From Octopus vulgaris (taxonomy: Eukaryota): a stretch of 64,000 bases of DNA. The notes below the pieces were generated by a model, which saw nothing but the letters and a program-made list of their open reading frames with translations, had not been told where the DNA came from and did no database searches. Of this stretch, positions 1 through 14,349 are shown piece by piece. Within the stretch, counting starts at the first letter, position 1. The number at the start of each line of letters is the position of its first letter. Both the position numbers and the translations under genes were made by a program. The stretch lies in the NCBI GenBank assembly GCA_951406725.2, contig OX597814.1:197036001-197100000 (forward strand), read 5' to 3'.

Positions 1-426
1 TTCCAGCAGAGGCTAAGTTATGCTTCTGCCTGCAACCCAATATGACCCTTTGTGTATGATCGCGCAGACGTCATCGCTGTAATCGTCTTTCGCTGTTGAG
101 GTGAAAGTTTCGTCTCGGAGTTTCAGTGAGAATATAAGTTCACGTGTACTCTTCGTTCGGTCACATGTATCGCCGACCTCATTTCATTTGCTTAAGTCTA
201 TTGAACTATATAAACAACTTGGGACAATCACCCCACCACCACCACCACCACCAAAACACGACCAAAGAAATAGAAATTAGAATCGAACGTATCACTTATA
301 TGAAAATTAAAATGTCAAATTAATTTCCCCTATCTCTCTTACTTCCACTTTCTTCGCCTTTCATACTCATTCCGACTACGCCCGTCTTTCCATCCATCTT
401 CCCTTTGTATCTAGCTATTCATCGTT

Positions 427-625
<199 letters not shown>

Positions 626-1730
626 TTTGAGCATACTTACACCGTGAGCTTCTGTGTGTACATAAACGAATATAGTATATATGTATGTGTGCGTGAGTGA
701 GTCTGTGTGTGCATGAATATGTGCAAATGTGTGCGTATTGTGTGTATATGTACACATATCCTTTTTTTCAACATAAGTTAAACTTCAAACTGTTCTCATT
801 AACCACAGGTAGAATACTCTCTCAGCTGGTTTCCACGCTACTTTGGCTCAGTATTTTCCATCTCGTTCTTACGATGGTACAAATACAGACGGCATAAACT
901 TGTACAACCTTAGAAAGTAAGGGAGTGTATATAGCAGGGTTTTTTTTTTATATATATACTGGGAGTTTATTGTAGGACAAGGATTTTTGCTCTAGAGAAC
1001 GTCGTATATTTTCAACCGGAAATTCATATCCGGTATTTAAATCAACAGCGAACCTCATGAACGAGCCAAGCGGATTGAATATCGACTTAGTAGTTTCAAT
1101 CATATAATCTGTACCTATAGCATAAATCGATTAAGTCATAGAGCAGTTGATATCGCTAGTGATTAGATCCAAGTATCATAACCGATTTCTATAGTGAGTT
1201 GAAGAGAAAACATGTTGGAGCGACAAGCAATGCAGTACGCCGAATGAATGCGAAACCTGATATTGAAAATGGAGAAACACAGTTTTCTTCCAATCGTATT
1301 CGTTTATTCACATCCTTCTGCTTGTAAACTATAATTAAATAGACTTACTTAACTATTATTGTTACACGTAGTACATAGATATCGATCGTAGCTGTCAACT
1401 TGTAAATGGAGGTAGTACTAAGATGTCATCAGCTTGCGTCATAAAATCACACCTTAAAAAACAGATGTGCGTTGAATGAAGACGTTTCCAGAACAGTGTC
1501 CCATTGTTGTGAAATTGCAATTATAAATATCAATAGGGAGGGAGGCAGTAACTATACCTATTGTCAACAGGCATCAATTAAGATTTACTGTCAACGAAAT
1601 GGAGGTTAGCTGGAACTTTCCAACAGAATACTTTTAATGGTGAAAAAATAAGAACATAAAATGGAAAAAAAAATAATTCATTAACGATGGGAATATACAA
1701 CAGGGTGAATCATTAGGTGGTGTTTGTTGG

Positions 1731-1731
<1 letters not shown>

Positions 1732-1817
<86 letters not shown>

Positions 1818-1940
1818 TGTGTGTATATGTATGTATATATATATTATATATATGTGTATGCATGTATGTATATATATATATGTGTGTATGTATGTATGTA
1901 TGTATGTGTGTATATATATATATATGTGTATGTGTGTATG

Positions 1941-1985
<45 letters not shown>

Positions 1986-2235
1986 GTGTGTGTGTGTGTG
2001 TATATATATATATGTGTGTGTGTATGCATATATATATATATTTTATATACGTGTGTGTATGCATATATATATATATTTTATATACGTGTGTGTATGTATA
2101 TATATATATTATATACGTGTGTGTATGTATATATATATATATATATACGTGCGTGTATGTATATATATATATATATCTATTATATACGTGTGTGTATGCG
2201 TATATATATATATATATTATGTGTGTGTATACATA
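1732..2235. repeat. (AT)n/(GT)n compound microsatellite grading into a ~35 bp higher-order unit (TTATATACGTGTGTGTATG + (TA)n, about 5 copies, 2040-2220)
   Basis: Directly visible; explains the YIYI/CVCV ORFs. Confidence 0.9.
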
Positions 2236-3254
2236 TAAGTATAAAAATAAAAATACGTATATAATATATATAAGTATAAAAAAATACGTGTCTGTGTGTG
2301 TTATTGAACTGCAGCATTCTTGTAAAAAGGTAAACGGGGTTTATGAATAAAACGTCTGATGGTGAAGATAATGAAGGCTTTGACTATTTTAACGACAATT
2401 AAATATTGCGATGGCCATTTGAGATTTCTAAAGAAAAAAGTGTGTATCTATAAAAAGTGTATTAAAATGTTACGTTCAGATGACTGAACGATATTATTTT
2501 TATATTCAGGTTTGACATTTACTGCGGAGTATTGTATACCTCTGTTGTTTTATAGTTGCATATTGCTTTCCAACAGAGCATGAATGATATCGAGCAAATT
2601 GCAGGGTTCTGGGTATTCTTTTTATCATGCGAACAAAGGAAGATATATGGCTGCAAACAGATCGTGAAATTGTACGTAATTAAGCCATTTTAAGCTCACA
2701 CGAGAACATACTACCAATTACAACCTTTTGTAATGAGGTAGGGATGTATGTAAAATCTACAATTGCAAGTTCATTATATATACAAAAACATAGAAAGAAG
2801 TGGATTCTGACTAAATCATTGGAAATCAAGAGACAGGTTAGTCACATCTTCAAAGGAACAACACTAATAATCAGGGAATGGTTAAAAGTACAGGAAAGTT
2901 TTATAACCAATGTATTATTCTGATTTCGGTTGGGAATATGTTTGGGGAAAATCAAAGAATACAAGACCTCTTATGTTCTTAGCGTGAAGTGTTAAAGAGA
3001 GATATTCTTTCTCGAAACTCAATGTCAATAACGTGGAAGGTTTTATATCGCCATTTCTATGTTTCATTGCTAACATTAGAAAGAAATGTCATATAATTCT
3101 CAATTACAGCGGAGAACCTATAATGAAGTTCAACTTTAAATTATCCATGCAATTAGATATTAATCTTATTTCGGTAAGAATATAAATAAGTCTACAACTG
3201 ACCAAGGAGACAATGCTAAATTTAATCACACTGACTACAGTACTGTTTCTCGAT

Positions 3255-3407
3255 GGTATTTATAAAAAGGACCCATTTTGATCTTGCGTAAAATCATCAA
3301 GAAAGGGAAATACCATTTTATCTTTGCATCAGTTTTATTAATCTTCAAAGCCAATGTGTAACTTATGAGCTCCATGGCAGAAACGACTGGTCTACAGAGT
3401 GTAGTCT
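3255..3407 (+). repeat. ~150 bp direct repeat, copy 1 (copy 2 at 4248-4399)
   Basis: By-eye alignment gives about 15 differences in 153 nt, with shared blocks GGACCCATTTTGATCTTGCGTAAAAT and TATTAATCTTCAAAGCCAATGTGTAACTTATGAG. Confidence 0.9.
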
Positions 3408-3454
3408 AGAGTTTAAGCTATGCTTCTATTCCCACATTTTGTAGTATAACTGGG

Positions 3455-3837
3455 TGGAGGCGCAATGGCCCAGTGGTTAGGGCAGCGGACTCGCGGTCCT
3501 AGGATCGCGGTTTCGATTCCCAGACCGGGCGTTGTGAGTGTTTATTGAGCGAAAACACCTAAAGCTCCACGAGCCTCCGGCAGGGATGGTGGTGATCCCT
3601 GCTGTACTCTTTCACCACAATTTTCTCTCACTCTTACTTCCTGTTTCTGTTGTACCTGTATTTCAAAGGGCCGGCCTTGTCATTCTCTGTCACGCTGAAT
3701 ATCCCCGAGAACTACGTTAAGGGTACACGTGTCTGTGGAGTGCTCAGCCACTTACGCGTTAATTTCACGAGCAGGCTGTTCCGTTGATCGGATCAACCGG
3801 AACCCTCATCGTCGTAACCGACGGAGTGCTTCCATCC
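3455..3837 (+). mobile_element. Full-length tRNA-derived SINE, octopus OR1-like
   Basis: tRNA-like head with A box TGGCCCAGTGG and B box GTTTCGATTCC. Exact 12 bp target-site duplication AGTATAACTGGG at 3443-3454 and 3838-3849. Family name from recall. Confidence 0.9.
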
Positions 3838-4247
3838 AGTATAACTGGGAACGACTTCCTTATATCTCTAAATACGAAATAACATCGTTGTCGGTGTAAC
3901 TGTGTAGTTTGGATCCGGTTTCGATATCTCGGAGTGTCACCAGGGAAACTGCCTTCAGTTGCACTCTCTTGTTGACCAAGGCAATGAAGAGATTTTGGGG
4001 TATATTCGTATGCATTTATGTGTGTATATCTATATATCTGTCTGTCTGTATGTATGCATATCTGTATGTATGTGTGTGTGTATATTCTTCTATTTTTAAT
4101 TAGTATAGTTCTTCCTCTGAGGAAGCTGCTTTCTAACAAAGATAAAAAACTTCATCTTTGTAATGTAGATAACGAAAACAAGGCCAGATTTTAAATTTCT
4201 TTGATTATACGCGTAGTGGGAAGTGTTTAGGATATCATAACAGGGAG

Positions 4248-4399
4248 GGTATTTAGAAAAAGGACCCATTTTGATCTTGCGTAAAATTATCAAGGAAGTG
4301 AAATACCCCTTTATCTTTCATCATGTGTATTAATCTTCAAAGCCAATGTGTAACTTATGAGTTCAATTGCAGAAACGACTGGTTTACAGAGTGAAGTCT
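4248..4399 (+). repeat. ~150 bp direct repeat, copy 2
   Basis: Aligns to 3255-3407. Confidence 0.9.
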
Positions 4400-5835
4400 T
4401 GCATATGTTTACTGTTCCACATACAGACGTGCGAATTAGTTGAGTGATTTCTTTGCCTGAAGCCCTCATCCTTATCCAGACGTCAACTCGGATTTTACTC
4501 GCAAAACCAAGTGCACTGATTATTATTGGCATAAACGCAAATTTGTAATCTGGGCGTAGAAGCTGGAGATGTTGAAGCAGATGTCCATAGTTATCCTTTT
4601 TCTATTTGGTTTCAAAGAGATATTCGCATCAGGAGTGGAGTCGGTTGCTTTGATAGTAAATAGTTTTTCTCGTCTCTCTCAAACAATAAAATTCTGGTTC
4701 ATGTATGTACGTATATTTGAATGAATGCATGTATTGTGAAATTCATATCACATGGCTATTTACTATTTACAGTTGTGCTGATCACTTGTTCCACCAATGA
4801 TCAAACTTACGCCTTTAAATTTTGTATAAGAAAAGAGCAACCTCATTAAATGAAAAGTAGATGGTAGTTCAGTTGTAGTTCACATATGTTGTAAAAATCA
4901 TAATAGAAAGGAATTTCTATTACAACCGTGTTTCGTGGTCTGCTACCACAACAGCTCCTTTATAGGATCCAGTTAGCTCAAGACATCATCAGGAGGAACC
5001 ACGTCCGGTTTCGGCCCCTACTCCTCTACCGTTTTTAACGTGCCCCCCCCCCCCCACTTTTGGAGGTGTCTTCAGCTCTGGCGTTGGGTGCATGTCTTCT
5101 TTCTTCTTCTTTCTTCTGTTCCCTGGCCTCTTCGATGTAGTGTCAACGAGTGTCAGTCGGCGACTGACTGACTTGTCAAATAGTTTCCCTTTAAGTACCT
5201 GGCGCAAGGCTCCAGCAGGCAGCCCCAGCAAGTTCTCACGTGACACTGTCTCAACTTAAACTGACCAATGAAGGCGTGTAGTCTTAGAGAAATTTCATGA
5301 AATACTTTAAAAGTCAGAATAAAGTCTTATAAAGATAATATGAGCGATTACAAGATGTAGGATGCCAAAGACAGAACAAATTGTACCAAATATTCAAATT
5401 AAATAAATTATGACGATAGAGTGTATAATAAAAGAATAGCGAATAATGTCAGTGAAGACTGGATTGAATGCATTGAATGAAACGGTAAGTAAATACAGGT
5501 CAATGATCGGTCAAGTGTAAAAATATACAGAGGAAATATTCAGCAGTTAGTCAAATAGTCTGAAATAAAGGCTAAAAAGCTTTTAGTCATAAATTGTGGT
5601 GAAGTCTCGGCTGACGTATTTGTGTAGAAATGTCCATGTATGTATTTGTGTATTTGTGTCTGTGCCGTCTACTCATAGATATTTATATTAGAAACCTACT
5701 AAGTATATCATGTTCTCCAAAGTATTAAAGTTAATGTTATGGATCGGTTCAACGTAAATATGATAATCTAATTTATATAGTCTGGTAAAGTAAAATTTAA
5801 ATATCGGAATTCGTACATGTATGTATATGCGTACA

Positions 5836-5868
<33 letters not shown>

Positions 5869-5899
5869 CTATCTATCTCTCTCTCTCTCTATCTATCTA

Positions 5900-5934
<35 letters not shown>

Positions 5935-5966
5935 ATATACATGCATACATGTGTGTGCATAAAATT

Positions 5967-6063
5967 CTGCGTGGCGCCTTGGGCAAGTGTCTTCTACTAT
6001 AGCCTCGGGCGGGCCAAAGACTTGTCAGTGGATTTAGTAGACGGAAACTGAAAGAAGCCCGTC

Positions 6064-6104
<41 letters not shown>

Positions 6105-6303
6105 GGTTTGTGTCTGTGTTTGTCCCTCCACCGATGTTGGTGAGTTTATTTCCCCATCAATTAGCGGTTCGGCAAAAGGAGAGCGATAGAATAAGTACTA
6201 GGCTTACAAAGAATAAGCTCTGGGGTCGATTTATTCGATTAAAGGTGGTGCTCCAGCATGGCCGGTGTCAAATGACTGAAACACGTATAAGAGTAAAAGA
6301 GTA
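5967..6303 (+). mobile_element. SINE family A (octopus OK-like), 5'-truncated
   Basis: Matches 22807-23206 from CTGCGTGGC to the GTAAAAGAG tail, with an internal (TA)n. Confidence 0.88.
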
Positions 6304-6331
6304 TACGTATATGTGTGCATAAAATTATGTG

Positions 6332-6384
<53 letters not shown>

Positions 6385-6941
6385 ATACTCCTACATGTAT
6401 GCTGCTGTGTGGAAGGATAATAAACGTTTCTTTAATTGCTGGCGTCACTAAGTACGGCGCAAATGCAATCAACATAACTTGCAAGAAATTAAGTTAAACG
6501 AACTGTAGCATACTTATAGTAAATTGCCGGCAAAAATTTAGCTGTAGAAATCAATTATGCACTCTATGAACAAACAAAACGAAAGTATAAAATAAACTCA
6601 GTGTCAATGTATAAACTAAATCTCCGTTATGACATCCTAAACGCTTCCCACTACGCATATAATCACGAGAAGAAAGGTATTTTTGTCTGAGAAAAACCTT
6701 ATTGGTTATCTCTTTAAATGCCTTTTCTGATAATTTAGGCTGTTTCGTCAGAGATCTAAATACGATAAAAGATAATCATTTTGAATGTAATATTGAATGG
6801 GTTTTTACTCTTTTCTCATATAAACTTCAGAACTGAATCTGATGTTGGTGGTGGAATAAACCATCAGGCGATACTTGGTCTCATCAATATACTTGGTACA
6901 AATTTTGCTATAATTTTAACTCAGTTGTTGGTATTGAATTT

Positions 6942-7212
<271 letters not shown>

Positions 7213-7809
7213 TATGTATGTAAATGTGTTTCTTTATTATTCTTAAAAATGATTTATAACAACAACCCTAGTTTATCAGACATACTGACACACATTTGCG
7301 GATGCATGATTATGACTGTGCTTATATTGTGACCTGGTAGATCTTGAAATTCGACAAATATATATCGATAACATAACTAACAGGCAGAAATCAATGTCGT
7401 GGAAGATGTGATGAGCAAAAATTGTTGAAAGTGATATTGTAGCGTTGCCACAGCCCAATGCCTGAAGCTAATAAAAAAATAGAGTGAACAGCATTTGTTT
7501 TCACGTTTCCGTTATATGAAGTAAGAACGTAAAATATGAAACTCTATGCAGAAATTTTCGTGGTAAACACTCTTCAAAGAATTACCGAAATTTTCATACG
7601 TCAGCTATCACACATGATCAACATGAGTTGACATATAAGAGGATAACAGGGATGAATATAAGACAGTGTCGTTCCATACCAGTGACATATTGAACAAAGG
7701 TTATGTTACTTGGTTAGAAAGTGACTTGATTTGGATATTGAGCAAAAATAAACCATCGAACTTATTGTTAGAATATTTGTTACATAAAGAAATTGTTCAC
7801 CATTATATA

Positions 7810-7974
7810 GCCGCAGGAGTAGCTGCTTGGTAAGTAGCTTGCTTACCAACCACATGGTTCTGGGCTGAGTCCCACTGCGTGGCACCTTGGGCAGGTATCT
7901 TCTACTATAGCCTCGGGCCGACCAAAGCCTTGTGAGTGGATTTGGTAGACGGAAACTGAAAGAAGCCCGTCGTA

Positions 7975-8009
<35 letters not shown>

Positions 8010-8205
8010 ATCTATGTTTGTCCTCCCAACATCGATTGACATCCGATGCTGGTGTGTTTACGTCCCACTAACGTAGCAGTTCGGCAAAAGAGACCGATAG
8101 AATAAGTAGTAGGCTTACAAAGAATAAGTCCTGGGGTCAATTTGCTCGACTGAAGGCGGTGCTCCAGCATGGCCGTAGTCACGTGACTGAAACAAGTAAA
8201 ATAGT
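7810..8205 (+). mobile_element. SINE family A (OK-like), full length
   Basis: Head GCAGGAGTAGCTGCTTGGTAAG, body GGATTTGGTAGACGGAAACTGAAAGAAGCCCGTCG, internal (GT)n, tail GCTCCAGCATGGCC...GAAACAAGTAAAA. Confidence 0.92.
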
Positions 8206-9138
8206 ATATATTCCTTTATTTTAAAGGGAAACAACCACAACTTCCGTTGACAGTTTTACTGAGCTGAAGAACAACCAGAAATAGAATTTACTGATAAATA
8301 ATTTCAGTTACATGTCCGCCTACATTTTTGAATGTGCGTGTGAACCAATGCGAGAATAAAATAACCATCGATCGCAACGAGCTACACGAGACCGCCACTT
8401 GACAAAAACCTTTATCTTGCTAAGTTCGACGACATTCGTCGTTAATTGGCTGTTCGGTTTCAAAACCAATAATTACAAATTCATTTCTGATATTTTCCCG
8501 AAGAAGTTGAATGACTGCTGATCGAAATTCCTCGTATATTCAGGTTTGACATCAAATCTATTTTTACAGAAGTATCTTGAAGAATAAATGATACAGAATT
8601 CTTTCCATTCCACTCTGTCAAGTGCACCAATTTAGAGAAGAAACAAGTCTGCGTTTTGTGATAAACATTCCAATTTGAAAGACTTTTCTACTTCAGAGAT
8701 GCAAAATAGTTATTATGGAGTGTGGAAATAGTAACTTACATTCAACTTCACTATAAGACTGCCTGTCGTCTTAATACGAACTTTCACAGATTATAGAATT
8801 AATAAGAGACTGTAAGATTCATGGTCAAAAGATCATAGATTCGATTTCTAGTCCAACTAACGAGTTGTGTCCTTATGTAAACCGTTTCAATCTACACGGC
8901 CTCAGTCGACATAACTGGAAACGTGTACCCGGTCGAACACCCATACACAAGTATGTGTGTCCATGTCTCTATGCATGCCTGTCTATGCTTGTTTTTATGT
9001 GTGCGTGTGCGTATTTTTGTGTGTGTTTGTGAGTGTGTGATTGATAGAAGCGGTGAGAACTACAAGATTCTTGTTGTGAAACCGTGTGTTGAAACAACAT
9101 TACGTCAGTAAAAATGGTTTCATTATGCCAGTAAAAAT

Positions 9139-9361
9139 GGTTTCAAATTTTGGCACAATGCCTGCATTTTCATGGGAGATTGTTAGTCGATTACAGTGAC
9201 CCCCTCGTGCTCTGCTGTTATCTGTTTTATCGACCACGAAAGGAAGAAAGGCAAAGTCAAACCTCGTGGAATTTGAACACAGAACGTAAAGATAGACGAA
9301 AGGCCGCAAAGCATTTTGCCCAGCATGCTAACTGTTCTGACAGATTCCCTCCTTCAGTACC
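9139..9361 (-). mobile_element. SINE family B (Meta/MESC-domain-like), diverged
   Basis: Reverse complement of the 20679-20904 core. 11 bp TSD CCAGTAAAAAT at 9128-9138 and 9362-9372. Confidence 0.8.
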
Positions 9362-10296
9362 CCAGTAAAAATAAACACAGACTGGTGTAATTTCCTTCCT
9401 TTTTTTCTAGTCAATTGGTGCAGCCCTCTATCCTACCAGCTGGCACACACTTGATATACCGCTGGGTTACAGCGCTGTAGTAACAAGAAGGTGTCATTGC
9501 GTATGTACAACTGCGTAAAGGGTCGAAAAATGATTAGCAAAAGTATGTTACAGCTACCAAGTTACACTCACAGGCGAATGAAGCGTATACTTATATTTAC
9601 TCTACATATAGTACTCGGCTTTGCATTTTTCCATTCACATAGCAAAGAAAAATACTTTATTCAATAATATAATTACCAGAGATCCACTTAAATCGTTACA
9701 ATAATTGACCGTGCGTGTGAGATCAAAAGAAATTATTGTTAGCGTGTAATGGTTTATAGAACACATTCATATGAATAAACATACATATTTCATGGTTGAA
9801 ACGTATGTAATTCTCCGCCAGAGAAATTGTATCCTTTTCAATTCCAGTGGCAAAACATTGATTTTTTTTATTTTTAAAGATTTTTTTTCGTTTTTGTTAT
9901 ATTTTCCTTTTACCACAGGTTCTGTATTACATATACGTCTAATGCATCTAATACTCATTTTTGATTTACCCTCTTTCAGTCTCTCACTTCACACTCTTTC
10001 TCTCTCTCTATCTCTCATTTCACTTTTTTCTCTCTCTTTCTCTCTTCCGTTTATATATCTCCCTTTTATCTGTGTGAATATGTATACGTTTCTGTGTGTG
10101 TTCGCGTTTCTGGCTGTGTACGTTTTTGTGTGCTTTTGTGTGTGTGGGTGTGTGTGTGGGTGTGCTTCTGTGTGTGTGGGTGTGTGCGTGAGTGTGTGTA
10201 TGCAACCTTGTGTATTTGTTTAAGTATCAAACCGTAGAAAAGGATTATTCTCGCATCCGCATGAATTTCTGTCTAACATAGGTAAGAATTGGCTGT

Positions 10297-10356
<60 letters not shown>

Positions 10357-10375
10357 TTATCTGTCTGCTTATCTA

Positions 10376-10587
10376 TCTTTTACTGCCCAAAACGGGTTCC
10401 ACACAAATAAGGACAGGCAAACGGAATAAGTCGTTTATATCGACCCCACTGCGTAACTGGTACTTATTTAATCGACCACGAAAGGATGAAAGGCAAAGTC
10501 GACCTCGGCGAAATTTGAACTCAGAACGTAGCGGCAGACGAGATGACACTAAGCATTTCGCCCGGCGTGCTAACGTTTCTCCCAGCT
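10376..10587 (-). mobile_element. SINE family B
   Basis: GAAAGGATGAAAGGCAAAGTCGACCTCGGCGAAATTTGAACTCAGAACGTA core, reverse complement of 20679-20904. Confidence 0.88.
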
Positions 10588-10635
10588 ACCTGTTTATCTA
10601 TCTGTCTATCTATCTGTCTACCTATCTATTTGTCC

Positions 10636-10705
<70 letters not shown>

Positions 10706-10904
10706 GTATGTGTATATATGGACGTGTTTGTGTGTTCAATACATGAATCAGTTCCCGTTTAAAAACACTCAAAACTAAAAGCGTCAAACATATATATAGG
10801 AAGATGCACCACAGTCATTCAAACAAAGGTTATGGATACACATTCATATCCATAAGTGAATTAAACTGTACGATTTACATACATATTCTGCATATGCATG
10901 TATA

Positions 10905-10949
<45 letters not shown>

Positions 10950-11195
10950 TATCTATGATCTTCACAGAAACACATACATGTATGTATATTTTTGCCATCT
11001 GTTTATATGTATCTACGTATTTCTACAAACAAATCTATGTTGTAGAAAATATTTACCTAAAGATTATAGAACTTCCGTTAGCTATCATACTGAACAGGTG
11101 CTTTTTCCGACAATACTAACATGGGAAAATACTCCCTTTTCCCCCTCTGTTCCGTTGCTGCATACGCATTTGTTGTTTTCTATTTTCTTTCTAAA

Positions 11196-11285
11196 TTACT
11201 ATTATTATTATTATTATTATTATTATTTTGTTATTATTATTATTGCTATTATTATTATTGCTATTATTCCTATTATTGTTATTCC

Positions 11286-11316
<31 letters not shown>

Positions 11317-11375
11317 GCTATTATTATTATCATTATTATTATTATTATTGCTATTATTATTATTATTATTATTAT

Positions 11376-11425
<50 letters not shown>

Positions 11426-11450
11426 TTATTATTATTATTATTATTATTGT
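11196..11450. repeat. (ATT)n/(AGT)n trinucleotide tract
   Basis: Directly visible; source of the poly-I/Y/L/N ORFs. Confidence 0.95.
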
Positions 11451-11838
11451 TTAGTCTGATGAAAATCAAAGATGGTGGATTTTTGTTGTCGGAAAACGAT
11501 TATGGTCGTTTTGATTTGTTTTCATTTATCTTCCTGCTTCTCTCTCGCTTTTCTTGTTTATAAGAAGAAGAAAATTTATCACTTTTACTTTGAGATTCAA
11601 TTTCTTGCTGTTATTTCCCCTTTTCATCCTCGAATGAAAGGTAAATACACACACGCCGACACACACGCATATACACACACTTACGCACATACATATCTAC
11701 ATACATACATAAAGGCATATATACCAATATCTAATTGTTTTTATATAAATATATATATAATGTATTTATAGTATTTATATTTTATATGTATATATATATA
11801 TATATATATTTAGATATATAACATGCATATACACAAAT

Positions 11839-11898
<60 letters not shown>

Positions 11899-13680
11899 CA
11901 CGTATATACACAAATATATATATATATATATATATTTATGTGTGTGTGGGTATGTGTGCCTGTCTGGATGTCTCTGTGTGCGCGCGTGTCTTTAAGAACA
12001 TTTCTCTGACAAAGAAGTTGAAGTCGAATGGCAACATGTTTCTCCATATGTAGTGAAACATTTCATATAAACTTGCCTTGGCAACTTCTTTAATTTAATA
12101 ATAACAGCCAAAGAAATTCAAAGACAGGGTCGAGGCCGGGGTGAATTGAAGACCATTCAAAAGAGATTCCTCGCATAAACACATTCAATCGTCTTCGAAT
12201 TATTTAATTTCTTCTTTTTTTATTTTCATTTTTTATTTTTTGTTTTACTTTTTAAATGTCTGTTTAAATGTAATTCTAATTCTTGAATCGTAATAAATAG
12301 ACGTCGTGCTGTCTATAGTTAGAGGTGACATTTTAACGGTGAAGTATTATGGCGTGCTTTATCATATCGCCATAGCTAAGTTATTGTGTGGCCATATCAT
12401 GAAAAGGTTAAATCTTTAAGAAAATGGGATCTGAATTAGATCGGTGAGTGCATGTTATTGTATTATATTGTATTTTTAGCCTTCAGAAGCGGTATTGTAC
12501 ATGAATCTATGAACCTTTACAGGGTCCTCGTTACTTGGAAAGAGAGAGGAATGTGTCCGTGTATGACAATTCTCTCAATAGATTAAAGTTCGTCAAAGGT
12601 ACCCAACCTGGCAAGATATGGTATCATACTGAGCGACATATCTTATCCAAAACCTAAATAAGCCTTGACAGGATGTGAACTTAGAATGACTGTTAAATGC
12701 AGGAACAAACATCGAATGGCATTTGGTCCGATGTTGTTAATGTTCTCCGATTCAAACACCCTGCATTTGTACTATTTGTATCGACCTACAAACGGAGGAA
12801 ATCAAAGTTGACCCCGATGGCATTTGAACGCGAAGTGCAGAGTTTTCGAACATATACCGTGAGACATTTTATCCGACTCTCTCACCTTTAATTGCTGTAA
12901 CATTCCGACAGATTGATTTCATTAACTCGCCAATGATTGATATGAAAATATTCCGAATGATAGCCTGTTTCTAATCATACCGAATCTAATGAGACATCAG
13001 GAGATCAATATATCATTGCGTCAGTATTCTAGTTTCCAGAGTGTATGACTACAAACGTGTTTAAGATACAGGTCAGAAACAGTTTAGCTTGGAATTACTT
13101 ACATTGTCACTTCGAGACAATATACTATCATTGCATAACCGTCTGTCTGTTATAGATCAGTTCCGATTTAGATTTGTTGTTTATATAAACCACGAAAAAG
13201 CTTACCGATTCCGTGAGGATGATGTAAGTTTTATACATGGTGTATGTTTGTAATGGTTATGGAGATATCCATCGTAGAAAATAACGTTGCTAATTGTAAA
13301 ATGCTTCTGAGAGTTCATGATACATATTCTTAATTAAAATTAACTTCATTTGGAGAATCCAAAGAATGAGGAATATAAAGAAAATGGCTGTAAGGAAGAA
13401 GGATAAATTAGCCATATATTATAATATAAATTACATTTTATATAATACATTTTGCATTATATATGATATTTACATCATATATAATTTATATTAAATTATA
13501 AATTACATAATATATAAAGTATTACGTCATGTATAATATGTTTCATTATGTGTAATATACTACATTATAGATAATATATATAAAATTATATATATTATAC
13601 AAACTAATTGCATATATAGAAATAATGTATTTCTAAATCTCTGAGAGATTTAAACAGTAGTAACACGATAAAATGGTGGT

Positions 13681-13904
13681 ATGTTGTCAACTTAATGTGA
13701 CAATCCCATGAAAGGGAAGAATACCACTGCTATTTCGCCCTAGGAAGCACCGTTTCCTGTCGGCCTTGATATATTTCCTGTGTCCTTATGTTTACAAAGG
13801 GTGGAGGTAAATGTGTCAAGGCCAACAGGAAGCAGTGCTTTCTATGACTAAATAGCAGTAGTATTCTTCCCTTTCATGGGACTGTCACATGAAGTTGAAA
13901 ACAT
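13681..13904. repeat. Fold-back element with ~98 bp inverted arms and a ~25 bp spacer
   Basis: CCCATGAAAGGGAAGAATAC pairs with GTATTCTTCCCTTTCATGGG; arms about 85% identical by eye. Confidence 0.88.
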
Positions 13905-14110
13905 ATGAACAAATTGCATATTTGACATGAAAATATAATTTAGCGTTGTGGAGGTCTCCCAGTTTGTGTAATCTAGTCAAGTAGTCGTTCTTGTTTAAGA
14001 AAAAGACTAGAGATATCATTGAAAGCATTTTAATCGTGACCACTCCATGTTATACTCTGACAAAATGCACTCATTGTGGCCTTATTTTATCTTAAGTTTA
14101 CTAGGGAGTA

Positions 14111-14349
14111 CAGTGATCCCTCGCCATATCGCGGTTTAGCAATCGCGGTTTATTTTTGAAGCTTACGTCGATTGTTCCGTGGTGTTTTGCATTTATGATT
14201 TTTAAAATATATAGAAAAAATACAAAACAATAGAAATAATACAAAACAATAGAAAAAATATGCAGTGCACCACTGTTTCTACTTCGCGGATTTTCACTTA
14301 TCACGGTGGCATTTGTAACGTAACACCTGTGATAGTCGAGGAATTGCTG
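14111..14349. mobile_element. Tc1/pogo (Tigger-like) MITE
   Basis: TA|CAGTGATCCCTCGCCATATCGCGG ... CCTGTGATAGTCGAGGAATTGCTG|TA: imperfect TIRs starting CAG with TA flanks. Second copy at 57697-57917. Confidence 0.8.

Noticed and set aside
3455-3530. tRNA gene
   Set aside because: It is the tRNA-derived head of a SINE that continues 300 bp further and is TSD-flanked; there is no proper acceptor stem.
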